From Planctopirus limnophila DSM 3776 (lineage in GTDB: Bacteria > Planctomycetota > Planctomycetia > Planctomycetales > Planctomycetaceae), in the NCBI RefSeq assembly GCF_000092105.1, contig NC_014148.1:450001-482000 (forward strand): a stretch of DNA of 32,000 nt, written 5' to 3'. The notes under the pieces were generated by a model. The model was not told the origin of the DNA. It saw only the letters and a program-made list of their open reading frames with translations, and ran no database searches. The position numbers and the translations under genes were made by a program. Below are positions 1-10,797 of the stretch, piece after piece (position 1 is the stretch's first letter; the number at the start of each line of letters is the position of its first letter).

Positions 1-520
1 CTTCACTTGCCAGATCAACCGTTTGTGGCTGAGTTCCTTTGGCTTTGAACCGGGAAACCACAGAGGTGTGAGGGGCGTCTTTCGTGGTGTAATACACAAA
101 GAGTTCCCCGTTTTCACGAAAGTTCGGGTGGAACGCCATCCCGAGAAATCCTTCTTCGTTCTCTTTGTCTTTATAGACCACTTTCGAACTAAGATCGAAG
201 AGGATGTGCGACTTTTGCTTCGCCTGCGTATTCTCAATCACATGCACCACACCTTGCTGTGTGGGGACCACAATCCGGTTAGATCCATCGCCAAAGTTGG
301 TCAGCAGAATCGGGCGAAATGTCTGCGAAAGACCATCTTCACTGACCGCTTCCCAACCCGACCATTCCACGTTCTCAAAAACCGGGACAACCTTGACTGG
401 CAGTGCTTTTGTGGAAATTGCCTCTTCTGCTGCGGGACTGCTGGATATCCAGGCCTCTCCGGCACACAGGGTGGTTAACAATGCCATCACAAACAAACCG
501 TATCGATTCTGAATCAGCAT
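1..520 (-). CDS. PQQ-dependent sugar (glucose/sorbosone) dehydrogenase family protein; N-terminal part, gene runs off the left edge
   Basis: Absent from the ORF track because there is no stop in the window. My reverse-complement translation from the ATG at 520-518 gives MLIQNRYGLFVMALLTTLCAGEAW (signal peptide), then FGDGSNRIVVPTQQGVVHVI, then EEGFLGMAFHPNFRENGELFVYYT. These are typical GSDH-family blocks. The + strand ORFs 23..478 and 204..512 are shadows of this frame. Confidence 0.6.
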   Translation of the reverse strand, partial: MLIQNRYGLFVMALLTTLCAGEAWISSSPAAEEAISTKALPVKVVPVFENVEWSGWEAVSEDGLSQTFRPILLTNFGDGSNRIVVPTQQGVVHVIENTQAKQKSHILFDLSSKVVYKDKENEEGFLGMAFHPNFRENGELFVYYTTKDAPHTSVVSRFKAKGTQPQTVDLASE

Positions 521-864
521 ATCTGTTCCCTGGATAGAAGCCGTCGTTACTGATGGCGCGTCATTGAATCGCAGGCGATCAGGCCCGGGCAGTTCCTTGA
601 ATCACTTGAAGCAGGCTTGATCTCAACAAGAAATGCAGGCTCCTGCAAGCCGGTACCGGAGATTGAGAAGCACTCTGTTGATATGGGTGGTATTGACACG
701 ACTCGAAAATCAATGTCGCGCGTTACAAAGGCAAGTGCCTGGGTGAAAGTGATGTTCACACACAGGCACTTGAAGATGGACTCTATTCTGTTGGCTTCTG
801 CCTTGATCTGACTGTCGAAACCAGAGTCGACCGATCAGTCACAGGGAATCGGATTGCGGCCTGC

Positions 865-2346
865 TTACTTCTGCACTTCAGCCACTTCCTGCTGAGAGAG
901 TTGGTCAAGGACAGAAAGGAGATCTTCTTCGGCTCGCTCCTGACTGGCTCGAACAGCAGACTCAGCGACCAACTGGCCCATGGTTTTCTGGCCCGCAACG
1001 AGTTGAGCAAAGCTGTCGATGGTCATTTCCACCAGAGCGTCGGAATCGTCATTAAGACCAATTTCAGCTCCAACGATGTTCCCCTGGCGAATTCGTAAAT
1101 GCCATTGGCCGCCACCATTACCCAAAAGATTCAGGCTGATGCTGCGATCCTGCTCGTCATACTGAGGATCTCGTGCGGCCTGATCCAGCATCTGCTGGAA
1201 GAATGCGGCCGAATCGAATTCAGGATCGACAGGACGCTTGCTGGGAGATGGAAATCCATCGCGAATGACGATCTTCGAAAGCTCGACGAGCCGACGTCGA
1301 TTCACCGCCGGGCAGGGTAGGTGTGGAGCGGCTTTGAGAGTATTGGTTCGATCAAAGCTCGGGTCATTCTTCCAATAGGAGTTATAAACCCGGATGTGCT
1401 CGTAGAAGATACTTTCAGCTTCGCTCATCTTGTCGAGAGTCGTTCCGACTCCCACGAGATGTGTGTCATAGAAATGACAGGTCTCTTCCAGGATGTCGCG
1501 GATCATGCGGATTGTCACCGGATGCTGTGGCGTGAGATGGTATGTCTGGCCATGGTGCTCCGGGTGTGTGATCACATGGGCCATGACTGCTGAGACCCAA
1601 TCGACAGGCACCAGATGTTTGGTTTCATTGCCATTGAGTGCCAGCCGTACTTTTTGAGCCCCGACCAGGCCCGTTTCGTCAGCATTGAAAGTCTTCACAA
1701 TCGTGTTGCAAAGCTGCAGGGCGGCGTAGTAACCATGATAGGTTGTGGTGTACCCAGTGACCGAATCACCAATAATGATCCCGGGCCGGAAAACGGTCGG
1801 TGAATCCAGAAAATCAGCTTCGCGAACCATCTTTTCCGAAGCGAGCTTACTTTCTTCATAAGCGTTGGAAAGCTCCTGACCAACATCCAGTTCTGTCTCC
1901 AGAACACGCCCTTGACGCTGGCCGGCAATGTAGGCTGTCGAGACGTGGAAGAATTGTCGAATTCCCAGGCTCCGACAAAACTCGAGAACATGTCGAGTCC
2001 CACCAATGTTTGATCGGTATGGCTCGCCATCTTCGCTGGTTGCCACGAAAGAGAGGCTGGCGGCATTATGAATCACACCGGTGACATGTTCGGCTGCCCA
2101 GCGCATGCTGACAGCATCGAGCCCCAGGTCGGCTTGGGAAATATCTCCTTCGAGTACGACCGGGCGGGGAAGTTTTGTCCCCAAAGTTTCATCCCAGTAG
2201 GTCATTAACGTTTCGACTCGCTGGCGAACGTTCTGTCGACGGTTGGGCCGCACAACCACAGCCACCCGCGTTCCTGCCATCAGCAGATCGCGCAGAAGGT
2301 AGGTTCCCAGCAGACCTGTCGCACCCGTCAGAAGTTGATAACTCAT
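865..2346 (-). CDS. SDR-family thioester/fatty-acyl reductase-like protein (NAD_binding_4 type) with a C-terminal SCP2-like domain
   Basis: The Rossmann motif LLTGATGLLGTYL lies at the N-terminus if the start is the internal Met (MSYQLL, 2346). The longest ORF starts at 2397. YxxxK-type core: AYEESK. The C-terminal 100 aa (GGQWHLRIRQGNIVGAEIG...DSFAQLVAGQ) resembles SCP2 sterol-carrier domains. Confidence 0.75.
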   Translation of the reverse strand: MSYQLLTGATGLLGTYLLRDLLMAGTRVAVVVRPNRRQNVRQRVETLMTYWDETLGTKLPRPVVLEGDISQADLGLDAVSMRWAAEHVTGVIHNAASLSFVATSEDGEPYRSNIGGTRHVLEFCRSLGIRQFFHVSTAYIAGQRQGRVLETELDVGQELSNAYEESKLASEKMVREADFLDSPTVFRPGIIIGDSVTGYTTTYHGYYAALQLCNTIVKTFNADETGLVGAQKVRLALNGNETKHLVPVDWVSAVMAHVITHPEHHGQTYHLTPQHPVTIRMIRDILEETCHFYDTHLVGVGTTLDKMSEAESIFYEHIRVYNSYWKNDPSFDRTNTLKAAPHLPCPAVNRRRLVELSKIVIRDGFPSPSKRPVDPEFDSAAFFQQMLDQAARDPQYDEQDRSISLNLLGNGGGQWHLRIRQGNIVGAEIGLNDDSDALVEMTIDSFAQLVAGQKTMGQLVAESAVRASQERAEEDLLSVLDQLSQQEVAEVQK

Positions 2347-3035
2347 CCGTCGCGTTCCCTCATCGCCTCGCACTGAAGTTGCAATTCTCTTAAGCAACTC
2401 GAAACTGGCGGAAGTGAGGCTTGATCCGCCGATCCAGATTTAATTTCTACTGAGCATGCCGGGTTATACGTTGGCACGAGCCTGTTTCGTGAAATCCTTG
2501 GTGCAATTCAAACACCTTCAGTTTATGAAGCATTCTTTTCAAATCGCAACATCACTGACCTATGCGTTCTCCAGAATCACCATTGGAAATTGACGTTTAC
2601 ACCAGCTGTACTGGTTCAAGATTTGTCACAGATGAACCGACCCTGACAACTTCCAAGGCAATATTGCCGATGGACAGTTGAACCCAACGCACTTCAACAA
2701 TGGATTTTAGCAAACCTTGTTGAAACGATGGCATGCGTGTTCTTCGGACGGTGAGAGCCCGTGGCGCCACATGCTGTTAATCTTTTCCCAATTTATCGAA
2801 TGTAACATTTCTTTCCGATCGTCGCCAAGCCAAGTGTGTGAACGCATGGTCATGTTGCCGGGCTCGCTGGAAATCTTGAACGCTCCAAACGTGGACTGCT
2901 GACATTTCATTCAGAAATCAGAAACAACTAAACTTTTTCACAGGCCATAGATGCAGATTGTTGTGAACACGATTATATGGGAGACTACGCCAAGTTCAGT
3001 TTGCCCAGTACCTTCACGAGTTCCAGTTTCATAAG

Positions 3036-4181
3036 GTGAGGGAACGCGTGCTGTTTCGATCCCGTGCACAAGTCCGATCTGTCGATTGTTGCGAAGTCAG
3101 GCACAACGAGGAGATTGTGTTCTACCCTTCGTATGTCGCCCCTGATTCCACGGGCGAGCAGTGGACGATGCACATTCAGGGCTGCATCTACAATCTGAAT
3201 CTCCCCTGGCTCAGGCATCCGATTATGGGTGCCATTCGCAGGGCTCTGCGGATTGACGCGGAATTCACCGAGACCTTTGCCAGTCGCCTGAAGCCTTTCC
3301 TTGTGGGTGTTGAAGAAAACCGGCAAATTGTGGTGCGTGTGGGTCAAGAGTTGGTCGATGCCGGAAAAACTTCCGCCGCTGGTCTCTTCAATGGCGCGAT
3401 CACTCTTTCAAAAGAAACGCTGGAGAATATCACTGGAGAAGCGGTTCGTCCCGGTCTCTGGGTTCCCTGTCAGGCGGTTCTCGATCCATCCGACAATCGC
3501 CAGTTTGATGGAGCCTCGATTGTCGTTGATCGTCAGGGGCTCTCAGTCATCTCGGACGTTGATGACACCGTCAAACACAGCAATGTTTCCAATCGTCGGG
3601 ATCTCTTTCAGAATACCTTTGCCCGCGTCTTCTCCCCTGTCGATGGTATGGCCGAAATCTATCGGGATCTGGCCGCCCGAGGGGCTGTGTTTCATTATGT
3701 CTCCGGCAGCCCCTGGCAACTGTATCGACCCTTGCGTGAATTCTGGGAGACCTATCAATTCCCGGTCGGATCATTTCATCTCAAGCGATTTCGCCTGCGA
3801 GACTCGGCTCGCAAGTTGAAAAAATCGCCCCAGATGCAGCATAAGCGAACTTCGATCGATCCGATTCTGACCGCCTTTCCCGATCGAAAATTCGTTCTGA
3901 TCGGCGATACCGGCGAGCAGGATCCGGAAATCTACGCCAGTGTTCTCCGCGACTTTCCCCAGCAGATATTGGGTGTTTACTTGCGCGCTCTCCATGGTGA
4001 AACGGCCGACTGGCCACGATTCCAGCAGGGATTTGCTGATCTTCCAGCCGACAAATGGCACTTGTACCCGCACCACGAAGAACTGCGTTCTCGAGTGCTG
4101 GAATGTGTCGAGAAGTACGACGGCTTTCGATCACAGGTTGTTCTCCCGGAACCACCGCCACTTTCGATGCCGGATACCTAG
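3036..4181 (+). CDS. App1-like phosphatase (DUF2183, HAD-like phosphatidate phosphatase family)
   Basis: Family blocks are present: IVFYPSY...W.MHIQGCIY at the N-terminus, ISDVDDTVKHSNV (DxDxT), GSPWQLY, and LIGDTGEQDPEIY. The GTG start at 3036 is uncertain. The stop TAG at 4179-4181 lies 2 nt before the next ATG. Confidence 0.7.
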   Translation: MRERVLFRSRAQVRSVDCCEVRHNEEIVFYPSYVAPDSTGEQWTMHIQGCIYNLNLPWLRHPIMGAIRRALRIDAEFTETFASRLKPFLVGVEENRQIVVRVGQELVDAGKTSAAGLFNGAITLSKETLENITGEAVRPGLWVPCQAVLDPSDNRQFDGASIVVDRQGLSVISDVDDTVKHSNVSNRRDLFQNTFARVFSPVDGMAEIYRDLAARGAVFHYVSGSPWQLYRPLREFWETYQFPVGSFHLKRFRLRDSARKLKKSPQMQHKRTSIDPILTAFPDRKFVLIGDTGEQDPEIYASVLRDFPQQILGVYLRALHGETADWPRFQQGFADLPADKWHLYPHHEELRSRVLECVEKYDGFRSQVVLPEPPPLSMPDT

Positions 4182-4183
4182 TC

Positions 4184-6394
4184 ATGATCTCGGGCGGTCT
4201 CTTCCTCCGTACCGATGTGGAATGCATCCCCTTCGCGGGCGGCCAGGCAGGTGATCATTATCTGTTCGACCCCCTGGCACTCAAGTACTCGCTCCTCAGT
4301 GAGAAAGAGACTTTTCTGCTGGAAAAGCTGGAGCAGGGCATCGAGATTCCCCGCCTCTGCCACCTGTTTGAAGAGCGGTTCTCAGAAACCATCAGTCCAC
4401 AGGCCCTCGAACAGTTCATGCAGACTCTCAGGCAGCAAGGTTGGGCCATAGAATCACCCTTCGATGCACCGACAATGACCATGATGGCTCACAGGTTGCG
4501 CGCTCGAAGGCTTTGGGCGAAATTTGCCAACCCGCTGGCGATTCGTTTTCGTGGGATAGATCCCACCCACCTGCCTGGCGAAATTGATCTGCTGCAGGTT
4601 GCCAACTGTCTGATGGGCTGGATCTTCCAATGGCCGTGGATCGGCATGGGACTTCTGCTGGCGATCACGTCCCTCACCATTGTGCTCACACATCCGGCTG
4701 AACTTTTCCTCGCGGTTCGTCTGGCAACTGGTCAGGAACTGGTCTTCTGGCAACTGGCCCTCTGCCTCTGCCTGGTCAAAATTCTCCACGAGTTGGCTCA
4801 CGGAGTGGCTTCGTTGAGGCATGGTGCCCATTGCCATGAACTGGGGGTCATGCTCTTTGTCGGGACCCCCGTCCTCTACTGCGATGTGACCGACAGTTGG
4901 CGCTTACCTTCCCGCTGGTCGCGGATGGCGATCGCTGCTGCAGGAATTTATATCGAACTCTGGATTGCATCGTTGGCCACGCTGGTCTGGTGGCTGGCTG
5001 AACCTGGTCTTGTTTCCAATATCGCCCTGCAACTGATGCTGATCTGTGGCATCAGTTCGCTGGTATTCAATGGCAATCCACTCCTGAAATACGATGGCTA
5101 TTTTATACTGGCCGATGCACTTAAGATGCCCAATCTTTCTGATCGTTCGCGTCAGACGGTGACAGTCTTTCTCGACTGGTGCTGGTTAGGTCTTTCTCGA
5201 CCCTGGCCGCGCGGCGTTTCTTATCATAATGCGGCGGGTTTAATCGGATATGCCGTGGCTTCGAGCCTGTTTCGTTTGGGGCTGATGATTTCCATTCTCA
5301 TCGCGCTGCACACCTGGCTCAAACCCTACGGCCTCGACATCCTCACCTGGATTTCAGGCTCCATGCTGCTCTTGGGAACAGGAACTTCTTTTGTGAATCG
5401 ATCTCGAAGATATCTCACTGATACCCAGCGGCAGAACGCTCTCCGAACAACGCGTGCCCGCCTGATCGCTCTGGCGATTGTGCTGTTGGTCACTGGCGGA
5501 TTGCTCTGGCCATGGCCTGCTTCGATGACGGCCGATGGGTACGTGATCCCGCATGAAGGTGTAATTGTCAGATCACCCGTCTCAGGGCGTGTCATCTTCG
5601 CCACCAGCAAATCGATTCTTACACAAGGCGAGATCATTCTCGAACTGGAAGATCGTGTCCAGAAGCAAAGGCTCCTCCAGCAGAAAGCTCGCGTCGCCAC
5701 TCAGAGACTACTGCTGGAAGGCCTGTTGCAACGACAGGTGTTTGAGCCAGCCGTTCAGGCGATGATTCCGACGGCAAAGCAAGAGTTGCAAGATCTGGAA
5801 GAGCAACTGGCTCAGTGGGAAGCCGAAGAGCAACGTCATCAACTCAAAGCTCTCGTCTCCGGAAGGTTGATCACAATTCCGCGCACAGAAAGTCAGGCAA
5901 AATCTGCGATTCAAATGGAGGATCCACTGCGGCGTGAACTGGCTTTGCCCAACTGGAGTGGTTCGATCCTGGATCCTTCCAATCGCGGAGCTTTTGTCGA
6001 AGCAGGAGCCGAACTGGCATGGATCGCGCCCCAACCTGGGTATGATGTCCTCATGAGGGTCAGTCAGAGCGATATCGTCAGAGTCTCCCCTGGGCAGGAA
6101 GTGATCATCTGGCTGCAAAGTGCGACGCAGCGCCTGCTCAAAGGGACGATCACAGAGATCTCAAACGCTCCAATCGCTACAACCGGTACAGTCAACAGTG
6201 CCTCTGGTTCGAAGTGGGGCTTCCCTGCCTTCACATCCGATCAGCGGGTTTACGAAGTCAAAGCCACACTGAACGATGCTTCAGAGCAAGTTCTCACCGG
6301 GATGCCAGTCACAGCCAAGATTCAACTTCCTCCCGAATCATGGTTTCGCTGGCTGATGAGAGAATTCCGGCGGATTCTGCGGATCGACTGGTAA
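4184..6394 (+). CDS. Three-part fusion: PqqD/RRE-like N-terminal domain, polytopic M50 (site-2 protease type) metalloprotease, and a HlyD-type membrane-fusion/adaptor domain
   Basis: HELAHG (HExxH) sits in a hydrophobic segment, followed by FNGNPLLKYDG (the NxxPxxxxDG motif of M50). After a further TM helix comes a lipoyl-like hairpin (VIVRSPVSGRVIF...GEIILELED), a coiled coil (QKQRLLQQKARVATQRLLLEG...LEEQLAQWEAEEQ) and a beta-barrel (VSPGQEVIIWL...GMPVTAKIQL). I place the start at the ATG at 4184 (TAGTCATG coupling) rather than at the track start 4055, which overlaps the upstream gene. Confidence 0.8.
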   Translation: MISGGLFLRTDVECIPFAGGQAGDHYLFDPLALKYSLLSEKETFLLEKLEQGIEIPRLCHLFEERFSETISPQALEQFMQTLRQQGWAIESPFDAPTMTMMAHRLRARRLWAKFANPLAIRFRGIDPTHLPGEIDLLQVANCLMGWIFQWPWIGMGLLLAITSLTIVLTHPAELFLAVRLATGQELVFWQLALCLCLVKILHELAHGVASLRHGAHCHELGVMLFVGTPVLYCDVTDSWRLPSRWSRMAIAAAGIYIELWIASLATLVWWLAEPGLVSNIALQLMLICGISSLVFNGNPLLKYDGYFILADALKMPNLSDRSRQTVTVFLDWCWLGLSRPWPRGVSYHNAAGLIGYAVASSLFRLGLMISILIALHTWLKPYGLDILTWISGSMLLLGTGTSFVNRSRRYLTDTQRQNALRTTRARLIALAIVLLVTGGLLWPWPASMTADGYVIPHEGVIVRSPVSGRVIFATSKSILTQGEIILELEDRVQKQRLLQQKARVATQRLLLEGLLQRQVFEPAVQAMIPTAKQELQDLEEQLAQWEAEEQRHQLKALVSGRLITIPRTESQAKSAIQMEDPLRRELALPNWSGSILDPSNRGAFVEAGAELAWIAPQPGYDVLMRVSQSDIVRVSPGQEVIIWLQSATQRLLKGTITEISNAPIATTGTVNSASGSKWGFPAFTSDQRVYEVKATLNDASEQVLTGMPVTAKIQLPPESWFRWLMREFRRILRIDW

Positions 6395-6542
6395 ATTCGT
6401 TGCAACTGCCCCCGCAGAGTTTACCCAGCTTCTATCTCGAAGGAGGTTCACTTCCTGCTCAAGCCGCGCGACGAGCGGCGACGATCAAAGCCAACGCGAA
6501 GGACTTGTTTCCCATTTCTGAGCTTTCTGAGGATTACTCTGG

Positions 6543-7052
6543 ATGTCGGATCAGGCCAAGAAGGATCAGCTCCGCCTCGGCTTTCTGACGGCCGTGGAAG
6601 ACCCCGAGCGGGGTTATGTCGGCGGCTTGCTGGTCACGAACCGGTACGGTCGCCCACTGGAATTTCAGTGTACCACGCCGGTGAAACCCAATCGAACTCA
6701 GCAGATTCTCTATGGCCCGACACTCAGGCCTTACCTGCTCAGTGAATTGATCGGGAAGACGCTGATCGAAAAGGTGGGGGTCAAGCCACATCTTGTCCTC
6801 ACCGAAGACGAAAGCCTTTGCGAGTTGCGCGAGCATGTTGATATCCCCGTGGGCTGCTTCAGTGATGAGTCAACTGCCACCTTACGGATCGGCAACCGTC
6901 ATCTGGAGTTCCATTCCTCGCATGCCAGCGAAATGGATCATGTGCGGGATCAATGCAAAGACGTCCCCACATCAGCCGACTTGAAAGAGCCTTTTGATCG
7001 TATTCGGGAAGCCCTTCAGGAAACGATGAAAGCGGCTCTCAATCGCAGCTAA
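6543..7052 (+). CDS. Hypothetical 169-aa cytoplasmic protein of unknown family
   Basis: Clean ORF. There is an in-frame stop 15 nt upstream and a GAGGA about 8 nt before the ATG. Composition looks protein-like (LGFLTAVEDPERGYVGGLLVTNRYGRPLEFQCTTPV...). No motif I can name. Confidence 0.6.
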   Translation: MSDQAKKDQLRLGFLTAVEDPERGYVGGLLVTNRYGRPLEFQCTTPVKPNRTQQILYGPTLRPYLLSELIGKTLIEKVGVKPHLVLTEDESLCELREHVDIPVGCFSDESTATLRIGNRHLEFHSSHASEMDHVRDQCKDVPTSADLKEPFDRIREALQETMKAALNRS

Positions 7053-7126
7053 GTATCGAAACAGGCGGCCCATGATGGAACGGGCAGTCGCTCACGAGAG
7101 GCCGGAGCCTGGGAGCCCAGAAGATC

Positions 7127-9151
<2,025 letters not shown>

Positions 9152-9177
9152 AATCTGGACTAGATGGTGAAGTCGGC

Positions 9178-9334
9178 GGGTGGCTGGGGTCAAACGTCCT
9201 CGTTTGCCCCCAGATCATGGGACGCAGAACGCTCATGGCCATCGCGATGAGAAGACCTGAGCCTCGTCACGGATGCAACAGTGCTGGCAAAGCGATGTCA
9301 CTGGGGTCGGATGCAGACATCCGACTCCAACCAC
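9178..9334. repeat. Degenerate, expanded copy of the palindromic intergenic repeat family
   Basis: The left arm gggtggctggggtcaaacgtcctcgtttgcccccag (9178-9213) is similar to the left arms at 16733 and 25651. The diverged right arm ctggggtcggatgcagacatccgactccaaccac (9301-9334) is roughly its reverse complement. Confidence 0.5.
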
Positions 9335-9363
9335 ACGTATGATCACCATCTATAAAGTCTGGC

Positions 9364-10155
9364 CTAAATGGTGAAGTCGGTGGAACGCCCCAGAATTCGA
9401 TCGACCACCTCCTGACTCAAGTCGATCGAAGGTGAGATGCCGCCATCGACATCGGTGGCGTTGATGCCGCAATACATGGCCCAGGGACCCAGATGTCGCC
9501 AGCGGCCAGCGCGCTTGGGTTCGTTGGGCAACACCGGCGTGGTACACCGGTTACAGCCAATCGTTGAATAGCCTTGATAGTGCAAGGGATTGATGATGAC
9601 GTTGTGCGTCGCGATATACGCGTCCATTTCGTCATCTTTGAGATTCGCTAGAGGATTCAGCCGGAGCGAGTTCATCGGCGGGTCGACCGAAAGGATGGGC
9701 ACGTTATCCCGTTTGCCCCCTTCCGCACGTCGCAAGCTGCTGACAAGACAGTCGAACTGTCCTTTGGTTCTGGCCAGTGGGAGTGTCTTTCGCAGGTGGC
9801 AGCAACGCTCCTGACCATCGGGAGTGAGGTAGAGCACGCCCAGTTCCCGGGTCTGTTCTTCCATGGACATCGAGGGAACGAGCGTCCGGACTTCGACTCC
9901 ATATTCAGCCGCAATCCGGTCTCGCGTGTCGAGAGTTTCCTGGAAGTTGACGCCGGTATCGACAAAGAGAACCGGCAGTGCGAGTTTTTGCCGACTGATG
10001 ATGTGGCAAAGGACACTCCCCGCCATCTGCATGGCGGAAATCGCAGCCACACGGGTGCCAAACATTTCTGTGGCCCAGCGCAGCAGTTCTTCGGGAGTCC
10101 GCTCCTCAAAGTTGCGATTGAGTTCAGTCAGATCGGCCTGCGAAAGCTTCGCCAT
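9364..10155 (-). CDS. cysH: Phosphoadenosine phosphosulfate / adenylyl-sulfate reductase (thioredoxin-dependent, Fe-S type)
   Basis: PAPS_reduct blocks are present: [22 protein letters not shown], the CC pair in [12 protein letters not shown], the CxxC in [11 protein letters not shown], and RAGRW...YCGIN in place of ECGLH. A tail of about 30 aa extends beyond the usual C-terminus. Confidence 0.85.
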   Translation of the reverse strand: MAKLSQADLTELNRNFEERTPEELLRWATEMFGTRVAAISAMQMAGSVLCHIISRQKLALPVLFVDTGVNFQETLDTRDRIAAEYGVEVRTLVPSMSMEEQTRELGVLYLTPDGQERCCHLRKTLPLARTKGQFDCLVSSLRRAEGGKRDNVPILSVDPPMNSLRLNPLANLKDDEMDAYIATHNVIINPLHYQGYSTIGCNRCTTPVLPNEPKRAGRWRHLGPWAMYCGINATDVDGGISPSIDLSQEVVDRILGRSTDFTI

Positions 10156-10327
10156 ACAAACGATTTCAGCTAAGGAATTGCCTCATCACCACCCACGGGC
10201 CGCGAGTTTAGCAAACGGCTTCGAGAATCGGCAATGCGAGCCTGTCGAGCCTGAATTCGTGGTTTTCACCACCGTCGATGGCCAATGAAGAGATAAACCC
10301 ATCAACATCCGACAGAATGACACCGCT

Positions 10328-10381
10328 TCACACCAGACCATCTCAGATGGCAATCGCGACGGCACCGGCGCGGTTGTGGAC
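10328..10381. repeat. Direct repeat copy A (54 bp, 51/54 identical to 12590..12643)
   Basis: Copy A is tcacaccagaccatctcAGatGgcaatcgcgacggcaccggcgcggttgtggac. Copy B is ...ctcGTatCgcaatcg... Both start exactly at the reverse-strand TGA. Confidence 0.9.
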
Positions 10382-10679
10382 AGGCAGCTTCCAATCAACA
10401 TCTTGCAGAAAAGTGGTATTCGCGTGTGGGCTGAGCATCCATACGCGGGGGATCTTGTCGTTGGTGAGAACCATGCGACACACCAGAGTCGATTTTGGCA
10501 CCGGGTTAAAGGGGGTTGTCGTGAGTCTATGGACTTCTGTTCTTTCGACGTGCTCTGAAAATCATCCACGACCCGGCAAATGCGATGGCTAAACCAGTCG
10601 CGAAAACAATGCTGATCCGCCGCGCCATCGCACCGGGATTGGAAAAGAGATAGCCACCTTCCGATGTTTGAGTTTCAAC
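10328..10679 (-). pseudogene. Decayed, frameshifted remnant of a NarL/LuxR-type response regulator (C-terminal part), paralogous to the intact gene at 12590..13252
   Basis: Minus-strand frame 10346-10561 reads ...TTTPFNPVPKSTLVCRMVLTNDKIPRVWMLSPHANTTFLQDVDWKLPVHNRAGAVAIAI*. The intact regulator reads NTPPKATVPKS...GLTKDEIARALKLSPHTIDTHLRNIYQKLHVHNRAGAVAIAIRDGLV*. A premature TGA at 10343-10345 precedes DGLV*. In a different frame (ORF 10527..10772), EGGYLFSNPGAMARRI matches the GGxxxxP..IARKV linker motif. The remnant may extend to about 10770. Confidence 0.6.
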
Positions 10680-10797
10680 GTGCAGGCAATTTGACTGTGG
10701 GAAAACACGAAATACCATCTTAACCCTGGAAAATAACCCACAATCCAACAGCAGGTGGAAATGATGGCACAACTGGCTGGATCGCCCCTTTCGATAA

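Noticed and set aside
23-512. + strand ORFs 23..478 (151 aa) and 204..512 (102 aa)
   Set aside because: Their composition is not protein-like. The opposite strand encodes a clear signal peptide plus the GSDH-family blocks of a gene that leaves the window. These are antisense shadow ORFs.
2525-2593. 22-codon ORF (MKHSFQIATSLTYAFSRITIGN) upstream of the App1/M50 genes, as a candidate RiPP precursor
   Set aside because: There is no ribosome-binding site and no Cys, Ser/Thr-rich core or leader-like features. ORFs this short arise by chance in AT-rich DNA.
3301-4254. Multiple long overlapping ORFs on both strands inside the App1-like gene (e.g. 3301..3819 +, 3781..4227 -)
   Set aside because: They are alternative frames of a moderately GC-rich coding region. 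Only the frame carrying the DxDxT / GDTGEQD motifs is supported.
6439-6457. Strong Shine-Dalgarno-like gaaggagg in the M50 / 169-aa intergenic region, as the start of a hidden precursor peptide
   Set aside because: No ATG, GTG or TTG occurs at a suitable distance. The only candidate (CTG at 6455) opens a long Arg/Pro-rich frame that overlaps the next gene and does not look coding.
10527-10772. 81-aa ORF, and a nested 33-aa hydrophobic peptide (MARRISIVFATGLAIAFAGSWMIF...), as a possible small membrane toxin in the islet
   Set aside because: The same frame contains EGGYLFSNPGAMARRI, which matches the GGxxxxP..IARKV linker of the neighbouring response regulator. It is better explained as a frameshifted pseudogene remnant. 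There is no ribosome-binding site.
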